Source: Acidobacteriota bacterium
GTDB taxonomy: Bacteria > Acidobacteriota > Polarisedimenticolia > SMYD01
DNA length: 64,000 nucleotides
Direction of reading: 5' to 3'
Assembly (NCBI GenBank): GCA_046757405.1
Contig: JBHHYE010000019.1
Location: 103-64,102, forward strand
Below are positions 55,469-64,000 of the stretch, in pieces. The notes beneath the pieces were generated by a model. The model saw only the letters and a list, made by a program, of their open reading frames with translations, did not search any database and was not told where the DNA came from. Position numbers and translations under genes: made by a program. Numbering within the stretch: the first letter of the stretch is position 1; every line of letters begins with the position of its first letter.

Positions 55469-58400
55469 ATGGGTCGATTCCGGGAGTCACGAATTCCTTC
55501 TAGCCTGGCGCGGCCGTCGGAGCGACATGCAAAGGCCTGGAGAGGGAGGGGTCTCCGTCCTGTTCTCCGGGCCTTCTTGCTTGCTCTACCCGCCTTGCCC
55601 GGTCTCCCAGGCAGCGCCGCTCGCGCCGCGGGCCCTTCAGGCGTCGATCCTCCAGGCGGAGCGGCCGTCCGTCTTTTGATCTCGGACCGCCAGGAGATCG
55701 CCGTCCAGGTTCGCTTCGGCGCCCCGCGTTCCCGGGCAGGCCCCAACGGGGCCACGGTCCTCACGGTGTCGGGGCTGGCCTACCACCGGATCCCTGGAGA
55801 GCGCGCCTGGCCGTATCGATCCGTGCTGGTGGCCGTGCCTCCCACGGCGTCCTTCACCCTGGAGTTCGACGATCCGGAGGAGCGCCCGCTGCTGGGCCGC
55901 CTTCCCGCGGTTTTCCATCTTCCGCCCGCCGAACCGGGCGCGATCCTGGCGGCGACCGATCCACCGCGGGCCGGCCCGCCGCGTCCGGTGGAGATGGACA
56001 TGGAAGGGTGGCTGCGGCACCGGCGTGTGGTCCGGCTTCTTTTCCACCCTCTCACTCCACAGGGGACAGACGGGGCCGTCTTCCATCCGCTCCTGACGGC
56101 TCACCTGCGCCTGCGGATTGCGGCGGGCCAGGAAAGCGGGGAGGTGTTCCGGGTCCAGCCGGCGGCCCGGGAGCGGGCACCGGATGCGGCACTCACCCGG
56201 GGAGGGGAGATCGCGGGCGCCGCCCGGCGGCCGGATCCGTTCGCACCGGTCTATGCCGCCACCCTCCTGAATGAGGCGGCCGTGGATCCCGGCGCTTATG
56301 GAGAGGCGGTGGAACGTCTCCGGACGCGGCGCATGGCGGGCCAGAAGGCGCCATCCGGGGCGCTCGGGCTGGGGAGCCCGGATGCTGGACTCTTCTCGCT
56401 CTCCGGCGGCGCAGCGGCTGGCGGGGGTCCGCTACCCGCCAAGATTCGCGTCCGGGACGAGGGAGTGTGGTCGGTGAGCCAGGCAGACCTTCTGGCGGCC
56501 GGCATCGACGCCTCGGGCACGCCCGTGGCCGATCTCTCGCTCTCAGCCGGCGGCACGTCCGTGCCGCTCAGAGTGGTCGACGATGGGAACGGACTCTTCG
56601 ACGGCACGGACCGGGTGGAATTCTACGGGGTCGGGCTTTCCGGGAACCTGGAGACCGACACCAATGTGTACCGTCTGGCCTTCGATGAAGGCCCGGGGTC
56701 CGGCCCGGCCCTGCGCGACGCCACTCCCTCGGGCGGAATCCATCCCGCCTCGTTCCGGCACACGGCGCGGTTCGAGTCGAACCAGCTCCTGTTCACCAAC
56801 CTCCCTGATTCGGACGGCGATCTGTTCACCTGGCGCGCCATCACCGAGCAGTCGTCGACCGTCACCAGCAACTTCGATTTCACGCTCCCTAATCCCGACC
56901 CGCTGGGCGCCGCCCTGAACATTCGCTTCCGGCTGGTAAGCCGCATTGGCTCCTCCCATACCACGGACCTTCTCCTCAACGGCACCAACCTGCTGGACAC
57001 GCGGACCTGGAGCGGGACCGAGGTCACCCACGCGGCGACCGCCCTGCCCTCACTGCTGGCGCCGGGCACCAACACCGTCAGCGTGCAGCTCTCGGGCTCC
57101 GGGATCCACCAGGTGCTGGCCAACTGGTTCGAGGTGGACTATTCCCGCCTGTTCGTGGCGTCGGGGGACCAACTCGCCTTTTCCACCGATCTGCCGGCTC
57201 CGGTGGAGTACCAGATCAGCGGTTTCACCACCCCGGATCCCGTCGCCTACGACGTGACCGACCCAGGCGCGCCGGTCCGTCTGACCGGCGGAACCGTCTC
57301 CGGGACCGCGCCGGATTTCACCTTGACTTTCACCGACAGCCTGGGCGGGCCGCGCCGATTTATCGTGCGTGCGGGATCCGTGCTTCCCCCCGATCCTCTC
57401 CAGGTTGACCAGCCGTCCAGCTGGCGGGATCCCGGCAACGGCGCCGATCTCATCATCGTCTCCTACCCGGATTTCCTGCCCGACCTTGCCCCGCTGGTGG
57501 CGGCCCGGCAGGCCCAGGGGCTGCGGGTGGCGCTGGTGGATGTGGACGATGCGTATGACGAGTTCAGCTCCGGCCGCACGGAGCCGGCGGGCATCAATGG
57601 CCTCGTCTCGTATGCCTTTTCCAACTGGCAGCCGCCGGCGCCCGCCTCCCTGCTCCTGGTGGGTAACGCCACCCTGGACCCGCGCCGGCTGCTGAGCAAT
57701 CCGACCGGCGTCCCTCTCATCATGCCCACGGGCACCTTCACCGCGCCGACCCTGGGCGTGGCCTCCACCGACAACGCATTCGTGACGGTGGCCGGCGCCG
57801 ACTCGCTGCCCGATCTGAATGTCGGACGGATTCCCGCCCAGACCTCCGGAGACGTGGCGGCCGCGGTGGCGAAGATTCTCGACTATGAGACTCTTCCCCT
57901 GGAGAACCTGAACCGCAAGGTGCTCCTGGTGGCGGACAACGACGATCTCAGTTTCGAGACTTTCCAGGAGGATCTGGTCAGCCTGTACCTGGCAGGCACC
58001 CGCTTGCCGGTGGAGCGGGCCTACTCGCGCCTGCTGGGCACCACGGCGACGAACACCAAGATCCGCAACGACATCAACGATGGCGCGCTCATGGTCAACT
58101 ACCTCGGCCATGGCAATATCCATAACTGGGCCGCTGAGAATCTCTTCGTCGACACCCTGGACATCCCGCTCCTCACCAATAGCGATCGGCCGTTCTTCCT
58201 GACCACTCTCAATTGCATCAACGGTCTGCATGCGGCGCCGCGCGGCTCGAATGTCACCTCGCTGGCGGAGATGGCCCTGGTGCAGCCGGGAAAGGGCGCC
58301 ATGGGGGTCTGGAGCCCCAGCGCCCTGGGCACGTTGACCGACTACGCCGTGATGTCGAATATTCTGTTTCGCCTCATCTTCACCGACCGGGTGGCCAATC

Positions 58401-59203
58401 TGGGGACCGTGACCACCACGGCCAAGGTGGAGGCGTTCACCAACCAGGGCATTTCATCCTCCAACCTGGACGAGATGACCCTGTTCGGCGATCCCAGCGT
58501 GGATCTGAGGGTGGATGGAGACCGCGACGGCCTGTCGGATGCCGACGAGGATGGTTGCGCCTGCGGCCTCGATGCCAGGGATGCCGATACCGACGACGAT
58601 GGCCTGGTTGACGGCGCCGAACCCACTCCCGAAGCGGACAGCGACGGCGACGGGGTGATCGACGCGCTGGACCCCGATGCCGATGACGATGGTCTCCCCG
58701 ACGGGCTGGAAGCCGGAGTCGGCGGCGCGGACCCGGACACCGACCTTGCGGCCGGCTTCTTCCGGCCGGACCTGGACCCGGTGAGCACCACGGACCCGCG
58801 CAGCCCGGATACCGACGGGGGCGGGGCTCCCGATGGCGCCGAGGACCGCGATGCCGACGGGCAGGTGGGCGGTGCCGAGACCGACCCGGATCTCGCCCTC
58901 GATGACGCCGCCTGCGGGCCGGTTCCTCCTCCGGAGCTGGCCCATCTGGCAAGCGCCATCAACGGCGCGGATCTGGTCCTTTCCTGGGACGACCTGACCT
59001 CCCAGGACCCCTGTGTCCTGTACCGGGTGCTGGAGGCCAGCCTGGGGCCCGCGCCGCCCGGCGTGCTGCCGCCTCTGGTTTCCCGCACGGTCACCACGCA
59101 GGCAGGGGCGATCCTGGCCGGCGAGGCCGACGACCCAGGAGGAAAGCTGTTCCTGGTGGTGGCCGTGCGCCCAGGATTCGGCGACGGCCCCACGGGCCAC
59201 TGA
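55469..59203 (+). CDS. peptidase C25 (gingipain/PorU-like, clan CD) family protein with C-terminal calcium-binding TSP3-like repeats
   Basis: DLIIVSYPDF...LVAARQAQGLRVALVDVDDAYDEFSSG...LLLVGNAT (C25 N-terminal signature), NYLGHGNIHNW (catalytic His region), TLNCINGL (candidate Cys); DxDxDGxxD repeats at 58500-58900; signal-like LRAFLLALPALPGLPGSAARA; start uncertain (ATG 55469; track ORF from 55397). Confidence 0.7.
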   Translation: MGRFRESRIPSSLARPSERHAKAWRGRGLRPVLRAFLLALPALPGLPGSAARAAGPSGVDPPGGAAVRLLISDRQEIAVQVRFGAPRSRAGPNGATVLTVSGLAYHRIPGERAWPYRSVLVAVPPTASFTLEFDDPEERPLLGRLPAVFHLPPAEPGAILAATDPPRAGPPRPVEMDMEGWLRHRRVVRLLFHPLTPQGTDGAVFHPLLTAHLRLRIAAGQESGEVFRVQPAARERAPDAALTRGGEIAGAARRPDPFAPVYAATLLNEAAVDPGAYGEAVERLRTRRMAGQKAPSGALGLGSPDAGLFSLSGGAAAGGGPLPAKIRVRDEGVWSVSQADLLAAGIDASGTPVADLSLSAGGTSVPLRVVDDGNGLFDGTDRVEFYGVGLSGNLETDTNVYRLAFDEGPGSGPALRDATPSGGIHPASFRHTARFESNQLLFTNLPDSDGDLFTWRAITEQSSTVTSNFDFTLPNPDPLGAALNIRFRLVSRIGSSHTTDLLLNGTNLLDTRTWSGTEVTHAATALPSLLAPGTNTVSVQLSGSGIHQVLANWFEVDYSRLFVASGDQLAFSTDLPAPVEYQISGFTTPDPVAYDVTDPGAPVRLTGGTVSGTAPDFTLTFTDSLGGPRRFIVRAGSVLPPDPLQVDQPSSWRDPGNGADLIIVSYPDFLPDLAPLVAARQAQGLRVALVDVDDAYDEFSSGRTEPAGINGLVSYAFSNWQPPAPASLLLVGNATLDPRRLLSNPTGVPLIMPTGTFTAPTLGVASTDNAFVTVAGADSLPDLNVGRIPAQTSGDVAAAVAKILDYETLPLENLNRKVLLVADNDDLSFETFQEDLVSLYLAGTRLPVERAYSRLLGTTATNTKIRNDINDGALMVNYLGHGNIHNWAAENLFVDTLDIPLLTNSDRPFFLTTLNCINGLHAAPRGSNVTSLAEMALVQPGKGAMGVWSPSALGTLTDYAVMSNILFRLIFTDRVANLGTVTTTAKVEAFTNQGISSSNLDEMTLFGDPSVDLRVDGDRDGLSDADEDGCACGLDARDADTDDDGLVDGAEPTPEADSDGDGVIDALDPDADDDGLPDGLEAGVGGADPDTDLAAGFFRPDLDPVSTTDPRSPDTDGGGAPDGAEDRDADGQVGGAETDPDLALDDAACGPVPPPELAHLASAINGADLVLSWDDLTSQDPCVLYRVLEASLGPAPPGVLPPLVSRTVTTQAGAILAGEADDPGGKLFLVVAVRPGFGDGPTGH

Positions 59204-59244
59204 GCAGGGAGTCCGGCTTTGCGCCTGGATGGGGCTGGATTACT

Positions 59245-60348
59245 GTGTCCAAAGTGTCGAAGGGAGGGAAGGGCGCGGTGGAACGCCATCTGTCGGTGCC
59301 CGGGATGCGTCTGGTGGTGAGATGCGACGCGCCGGAACTGGTCCGGCCGTTTTTCAAGATCTTCGGGGACCTTTCCGGGATTCCCTCCTGGCCTTCGCCT
59401 ACCCAGGACGTGCAGGTGCGCATCGACGCGGCCGGCGGATTCCTGGACGATGGCATTCACCGGCACCGCCTGGCGAGCGGCCCTCTCCGCCCTGCCCATG
59501 TCTACAATCTTCTTTACCGGACGCTGGTGCGGAGGATTCAGGGAGTCTTCCTCCTTCATGCCGCGGCCGTGGAACAGGCCGGCCGGGCGTGGCTGATCGG
59601 CGGGCCATCCGGAGCGGGCAAGACCTCTCTCGCCTGCGGCCTCCTGCGCCGCGGATACGGATTCCTCGGGGACGATCTGGCCCCCCTGGCCGTGGCGGAC
59701 GGGCGTATTTACCCGTTCCCGCGCCGGCTGGGGTTGCTCCGCGACGCCGCCGGCGAGGAACAGAGGGGTGCTGCCGTGGAGATGGCCGACAAGCGATTCC
59801 TTTCCTCCGCCGTCATGGGGGCCCGCCTGGTCTCGGAGCCTCTCTCGCCCGGAGCCGTGGTCCTCATCAACCCGTATCTGGAGCGCGAGGGTCCCGTTCG
59901 CATGAGCGTGGGGTTGGAGGGCGATCCGGGAACCGTTCTGGAGGCTCTGGCCGGTGTCGACGGGCTCGAGGTGCGCCGCAGTGAGCCGGCGGCGGGCATC
60001 ACGGTCCTGGACCTCATTCTCTCAGGGGGGCTCGCCATCGCCACGGCGGAGGAGGTGGTCCACCGGGCGGACCATCAGGTCCTGTTTCATTCGCGCGGCT
60101 ACGGGAGCCGCAAGGAGTATGCAGAGGTTCCTTCCCTGGTCCCTCTTTCGACCCGTCATGCGGCTCTCGAGCTGTTGAGGGAAACCCTCAACCGCGAGCC
60201 CAGCAGCGCACTGATGATCCGCCACGAGGGGCGTATTGCCCGTGTGCTGTTCGAGCTGATGGGATTGCTGGAGGGGGTCCCGTGCTACCGGCTCACGGCG
60301 GCCGGTGTCGAGGACACGTGCGATCTGCTGGCGAGCCGGTTCGGATGA
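59245..60348 (+). CDS. HPr kinase/phosphorylase C-terminal-domain-like serine kinase (orphan, non-PTS context)
   Basis: VFLLHAAAVEQAGRAWLIGGPSGAGKTSLACGLLRRGYGFLGDDLAPLA = HprK-type P-loop domain; no PTS/HPr genes nearby; 42 nt after the C25 gene. Confidence 0.6.
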   Translation: MSKVSKGGKGAVERHLSVPGMRLVVRCDAPELVRPFFKIFGDLSGIPSWPSPTQDVQVRIDAAGGFLDDGIHRHRLASGPLRPAHVYNLLYRTLVRRIQGVFLLHAAAVEQAGRAWLIGGPSGAGKTSLACGLLRRGYGFLGDDLAPLAVADGRIYPFPRRLGLLRDAAGEEQRGAAVEMADKRFLSSAVMGARLVSEPLSPGAVVLINPYLEREGPVRMSVGLEGDPGTVLEALAGVDGLEVRRSEPAAGITVLDLILSGGLAIATAEEVVHRADHQVLFHSRGYGSRKEYAEVPSLVPLSTRHAALELLRETLNREPSSALMIRHEGRIARVLFELMGLLEGVPCYRLTAAGVEDTCDLLASRFG

Positions 60349-60587
60349 TGCCGGTGTACGAGAAAGCCCGGGGCGCCCGGTTTCCGACCCTGGGCCAGGA
60401 AACCTGGGGGCTGGGTGAGGATCCCGGCCGCCGCAAGGCGGAGGTGGCCGCGCTGAGGCCCGGTTTTGATCTCGGCTTGACCCTGGTGGACACCGCCGGC
60501 ACACATCATCAGGCGATTCAGAGTATGATGCGCCCGGTGGAGTCAACGAGGATGGAGGTGTGCCGTGTCCGATCCGACCCCCTTTGA
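60345..60587 (+). pseudogene. aldo/keto reductase N-terminal remnant (81 codons)
   Basis: MMPVYEKARGARFPTLGQETWGLGEDPGRRKAEVAALRPGFDLGLTLVDTAGTHHQ matches the AKR N-terminus (LGLGTW..G...EA...L..A.D.G.N..DTA..YG) but terminates after 81 aa and overlaps hflK. Confidence 0.45.
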
Positions 60588-61578
60588 CTTGAGTCGCCTT
60601 CGCATGCCCCAGGGGTTCAGCTTGCGGAGCGCGGGTCAGATTGCCCTGGTGGCCGTGGTGATTCTGTTGCTTCTGACCTCCTGGTTCCAGGTGGGGCCCG
60701 AAAGTGTCGGGATTATCCTGCGACTGGGAGCCTACAACCGGGAGGTCCCACCCGGTCTTCACTTCAAGCTCCCTCTTGGCCTCGAGCAGGTCTATATTGT
60801 CGAGACCCAGCGGCAGCTCAAGGAGGAGTTCGGTTTTCGCACCGAGGTCCCCGGGATCAATACCCGTTATGCCAGCGGTAATTTTGAGAACGAATCGTTG
60901 ATGCTTACCGGCGACTTGAATGTAGCGCTGGTCGAGTGGACCGTACAGTTCCGGGTTGTTGATCCTCTCAAGTTTCTCTTCCGGGTTCGTGATGTGCGCG
61001 ATACGTTCCGCTACATGTCCCAGGCGGTGATGCGCGAGCTGGTGGGGGACCGGACCATCAACGAGGTGCTCACCGTGGGGCGTACTGAGCTGGCCCTGGC
61101 GGTGCAGGAAAGGCTCCAGGAGATGTGTGAGCAGTACGACACCGGCATCCGTGTGGAGCAGGTGATCCTCCAGGACGTCACGCCCACCGACGAGGTGAAA
61201 CCCTCCTTCAACGAGGTCAACCAGGCGCAGCAGCTCAAGGAACGCCGGATCAACCAGGCCCAGGCCGAGTACAACCGGGCGATCCCCAAGGCGCAGGGCC
61301 AGAGGGAGCAGACCATCCAGGAGGCCTATGGCTATGCCCAGGCGCGGGTGAACCGCGCCAAGGGGGAGGCCGACCGTTTCAAGGCCGTGTACCAGGAGTA
61401 CCGCAAGGCCCCTGAGGTGACGCGCCGGCGTATCTACCTGGAGACTCTGGAGGCCGTTCTGCCCAAGGTCGGGCGAAAGCTGATCGTGGACCAGCAGGCG
61501 GGCAACGTGATACCGCTGCTCAACCTGGGTGGGGGGCCGCTTGCGGCGGCTCCCGCCGAGAAGGGAGGCCGGCCATGA
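60565..61578 (+). CDS. hflK: FtsH protease activity modulator HflK
   Basis: Band-7/SPFH domain with the HflK N-terminal TM; GGAGGTG SD before the GTG start. Confidence 0.85.
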   Translation: MSDPTPFDLSRLRMPQGFSLRSAGQIALVAVVILLLLTSWFQVGPESVGIILRLGAYNREVPPGLHFKLPLGLEQVYIVETQRQLKEEFGFRTEVPGINTRYASGNFENESLMLTGDLNVALVEWTVQFRVVDPLKFLFRVRDVRDTFRYMSQAVMRELVGDRTINEVLTVGRTELALAVQERLQEMCEQYDTGIRVEQVILQDVTPTDEVKPSFNEVNQAQQLKERRINQAQAEYNRAIPKAQGQREQTIQEAYGYAQARVNRAKGEADRFKAVYQEYRKAPEVTRRRIYLETLEAVLPKVGRKLIVDQQAGNVIPLLNLGGGPLAAAPAEKGGRP

Positions 61579-62519
61579 TGGCGCGTCTCATAGGGGTCGT
61601 TGTTCTCCTCCTGCTGGTGGTGGGTCTGGGAGGCGGGCTTTACGTCGTCAACGAGACCCAGCAGGTGGTGATCACCCAGTTCGGCCGGCCTGTTGGAGGA
61701 GCGATTCTCGCCCCCGGACTGCGGTTCAAGATTCCCTTGATCCAGAAGGCGCACTACTTCGAGAAGCGCTTCCTGGAATGGAACGGCGATCCCAACCAGG
61801 TGCCCACCAAGGACAAGCGGTTCGTCCTGGTGGATACGTACGCACGCTGGCGGATCGTGGACCCACTCCTCTTCTTTCAGCGCCTACGGGACGAACGCGG
61901 CGCGTTGACCCGCCTGGATGACATCATCGATGGCGAGACCCGGAATGCAGTGGCCAACCATGAGCTGGTGGAAATCGTGCGATCCACGAACCGGGAGGTC
62001 CAGGTCGATCCCGAGTTGAGCCTGGAAGAGCAGGCGACCGCCCTGGAGAAGGTGACGACCGGGAGGTTGGTCATCTCGAGCATCATCCTGAAGGAGTCTC
62101 AGAAGCGGACGTCCGACCTGGGAATCGAGATTCTGGACGTCCGGTTCAAGAGAATCAACTACAACAAGGATGTCAGACGGGCCGTCTTCCAGCGGATGAT
62201 TGCCGAGCGGAAACGCATTGCCGAGCGCTTCCTCTCGGAAGGTGAGGGGGAGAGCGCGCGCATCCGTGGCGAGAAGGATCGCAAGCTGAAGGAGATCGAA
62301 TCGGATGCCTACCGGCAAGCCCAGGAGATTCGCGGCGCCGCCGATGCCGAGGCAACGGAGATCTACGCCGGCGCGTTTGGCCGGGACCCGGAGTTCTACG
62401 GGTTCTTCAAGACCATGGAAACCTATCAGGAGACCCTGGACAAGGACACCTGGTTGGTGCTGACCACGGACGGCGACTTCTTCCGCTACCTGAACCAGGT
62501 GGGGAAAGCTCCACGGTAG
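61575..62519 (+). CDS. hflC: FtsH protease activity modulator HflC
   Basis: SPFH domain, N-terminal TM; ATGA overlap with hflK. Confidence 0.85.
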   Translation: MMARLIGVVVLLLLVVGLGGGLYVVNETQQVVITQFGRPVGGAILAPGLRFKIPLIQKAHYFEKRFLEWNGDPNQVPTKDKRFVLVDTYARWRIVDPLLFFQRLRDERGALTRLDDIIDGETRNAVANHELVEIVRSTNREVQVDPELSLEEQATALEKVTTGRLVISSIILKESQKRTSDLGIEILDVRFKRINYNKDVRRAVFQRMIAERKRIAERFLSEGEGESARIRGEKDRKLKEIESDAYRQAQEIRGAADAEATEIYAGAFGRDPEFYGFFKTMETYQETLDKDTWLVLTTDGDFFRYLNQVGKAPR

Positions 62520-62563
62520 CGGTGCGCCTCAGCCGGTGATCACAGAGGGCCGCAAGGCGCGGA

Positions 62564-63490
62564 TCAGGAGTCCGGATACAGGTCGCGGGCGCCCGACTCG
62601 TCCAGATCCAGGTGGAGAGAGCCGGGGCCGACCGTGATCTTCTCGACCCACTCGACGTCCTGCTCGTCATTGGCCATGCGCGCGTAGAGGACGTAGTCTC
62701 CCGCCGCCACCGAGGGGAAGCTGAACCAGCCCCGTGCATCCGCCACGGTGGCCAGGAGGGCGTGGCTGCGTGCCGCGGCCTGGCGGCGTCCGTGCAGGAT
62801 GGCCAGCGCCTCGCTCCGGCGGGCGAGCAGGACCTGTCTCCTTCCCATGAGGGTGTCAAAGGTTTCGCGCGCATCGGAGAAGGAATCCTGGCGCATCGCC
62901 CTCTCAGCCTCCCGCTTGAGCCGCGCTGCCTCGTCCTCCAGCCGGGCCAGGTCGGCGCTCACCCCGGCCTCCTCCTCCCCGGTAGTCTCCGGGCTCCAGG
63001 TTGGCGGGAGGATCAGCACCATCGCTCCCCGTCCCCACTGGGTCCGAAGCCGGGACAGCTTGAGGGCGATGGTCCCCTCCACGGGGAGCCCCGGGGCAGA
63101 TGGCACGTCCCCGACCCGGGGAGAGGGCCCCGTGGCCAGCGGTGCCGTGGCAGGCGGCGGCGTGAGCGGGAGAGGAGCGGCGGGTCTCCCTGGCCGCTGG
63201 TCGCCTGGATGGGAAGGGCCTGGGGTCACCGCCTCCTGCAGTGCCCCGGCGGGGATCCAGCCCTGGACCTGCACCTGGAGCCAGCCGTCTCGCTCTTGCA
63301 GCACGTTCACCGGCGATCCCGCGGTGAGCAGGGCCCGAAGAGTGGCGCCGCCGGGCTGATCCCTGAGGGAGGTCTCCGAAAGGAGCCGGGTGGCGTCCGG
63401 GCCGCCCAGGGTGAGAGCCAAGAACGGGAAGAGGAGAGCGACGGCGAGGACCGCCGGTTGGAAGCTCCATCTTCGCAGCGCTGGTTTCAT
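62564..63490 (-). CDS. secreted hypothetical protein with SH3b-like and C-terminal carboxypeptidase-regulatory-like domains
   Basis: Signal peptide; GWLQVQVQGWIPAGAL (SH3b-like); C-terminal GWFSFPSVAAGDYVLYA beta-sandwich. Confidence 0.55.
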   Translation of the reverse strand: MKPALRRWSFQPAVLAVALLFPFLALTLGGPDATRLLSETSLRDQPGGATLRALLTAGSPVNVLQERDGWLQVQVQGWIPAGALQEAVTPGPSHPGDQRPGRPAAPLPLTPPPATAPLATGPSPRVGDVPSAPGLPVEGTIALKLSRLRTQWGRGAMVLILPPTWSPETTGEEEAGVSADLARLEDEAARLKREAERAMRQDSFSDARETFDTLMGRRQVLLARRSEALAILHGRRQAAARSHALLATVADARGWFSFPSVAAGDYVLYARMANDEQDVEWVEKITVGPGSLHLDLDESGARDLYPDS

Positions 63491-63523
63491 GACCAGGAAT
63501 GCTAGGCAAGCCCGGGCGCCTCG

Positions 63524-64000
63524 TCAAGCGGTGGTCCGGGACGGCCCGGCGGACTGAGTGGTGTCCTTGAGAGCCTTGCGGGCGAGGCGCGTGATGAAGA
63601 CGGTGACCACGAGGGTGGCGACCAGGCCGGCTCCCTTGAGCCCCTGCTCGAGCCAGTGGCCGGCGCCGCTCGCGGCCTCGGTCACCTCGGCGCCCACCGC
63701 TCCGATGTAGACGTACAGCAGAGTCCCGGGGAGCATGGCCAGCCAGGAGGCGAACAGGTAAGGCCAGAAGCCGACGGAGGTCAGCCCGTAGGCGTAATTC
63801 TGCAGGTTGAAGGGGAAGGCAGGTGAGAGCCGCGTCAGGGCGACGATCTTCCACCCCTGTTGACCCACGGCCGCGTCGATCAGTTCAAAGCGTGGATTGC
63901 CTGCGACCCACCCCTGGACGCGGCTGCGGAGCAGGTAACGGGCGACCAGGAAGGCGGCTCCGGCCCCGGCGACGGATCCCACGGAGACCACCACTGTTCC
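63524..64000 (-). CDS. TVP38/TMEM64 (DedA/SNARE-associated) family membrane protein, C-terminal part (gene continues past the window end)
   Basis: FNLQNYAYGLTSVGFWPYLFASWLAMLPGTLLYVYIGAVG conserved DedA-family segment; no start codon within the window. Confidence 0.6.
   Translation of the reverse strand, partial: GTVVVSVGSVAGAGAAFLVARYLLRSRVQGWVAGNPRFELIDAAVGQQGWKIVALTRLSPAFPFNLQNYAYGLTSVGFWPYLFASWLAMLPGTLLYVYIGAVGAEVTEAASGAGHWLEQGLKGAGLVATLVVTVFITRLARKALKDTTQSAGPSRTTA

Noticed and set aside
55294-55503. 69-aa ORF (MMNNPTRTGSRK…) overlapping the C25 gene start; considered as a possible RiPP precursor for the HprK-like kinase
   Set aside because: It lies in an alternative frame of the C25 gene N-terminus and has no SD. 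There is no leader/core logic, no Ser/Thr-rich C-terminus and no conservation evidence available. It cannot be supported from sequence alone.
1-64000. Search for CRISPR arrays, tRNAs, transposase/integrase genes and defence-system ATPase/nuclease pairs
   Set aside because: No spaced direct repeats, no GTTCGA(A/T)TC-type T-arm signatures with matching acceptor stems, and no transposase or integrase motifs were seen by eye. This is a limit of manual inspection; tRNAscan-SE, ISfinder and a CRISPR detector should be run to confirm.

Overview
This is a GC-rich (about 68-70%) chromosomal segment from a Gram-negative bacterium; lptD and the lipoprotein signal peptides indicate a diderm. It opens inside an rRNA operon, with the 23S 3' end and a 5S gene on the + strand. 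Unusually, a 1.4-kb gene for a predicted outer-membrane beta-barrel protein sits in the 23S-5S spacer. The rest is dense with housekeeping genes: yebC-ruvCAB, lepB, a peptide-type ABC importer, argS, rsmI, nadE, lptD, rfbD, rny, metH, folA, thyA and hflKC. Interspersed among them are several accessory loci. The most interesting are listed here.
- A 2791-aa secreted S8 subtilase with internal Cys-rich repeats and its own strong promoter.
- A futalosine (mqn) menaquinone cluster that contains a DUF116 gene between the radical-SAM Mqn enzyme and a UbiA prenyltransferase.
- A thyA-folA-sahR-metH one-carbon operon with a perfect 20-bp palindromic operator.
- A lone AmmeMemoRadiSam protein B homolog.
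- A promoter-driven operon that, in my view, is the best candidate for an undescribed system. It encodes a secreted Cys-containing protein, a 1245-aa C25 (gingipain/PorU-type) cysteine peptidase with calcium-binding TSP3-like repeats, and an orphan HprK-like serine kinase, followed by an aldo/keto-reductase gene remnant.
I found no CRISPR arrays or tRNAs by eye. Many long antisense ORFs in the six-frame track are GC-composition artefacts.
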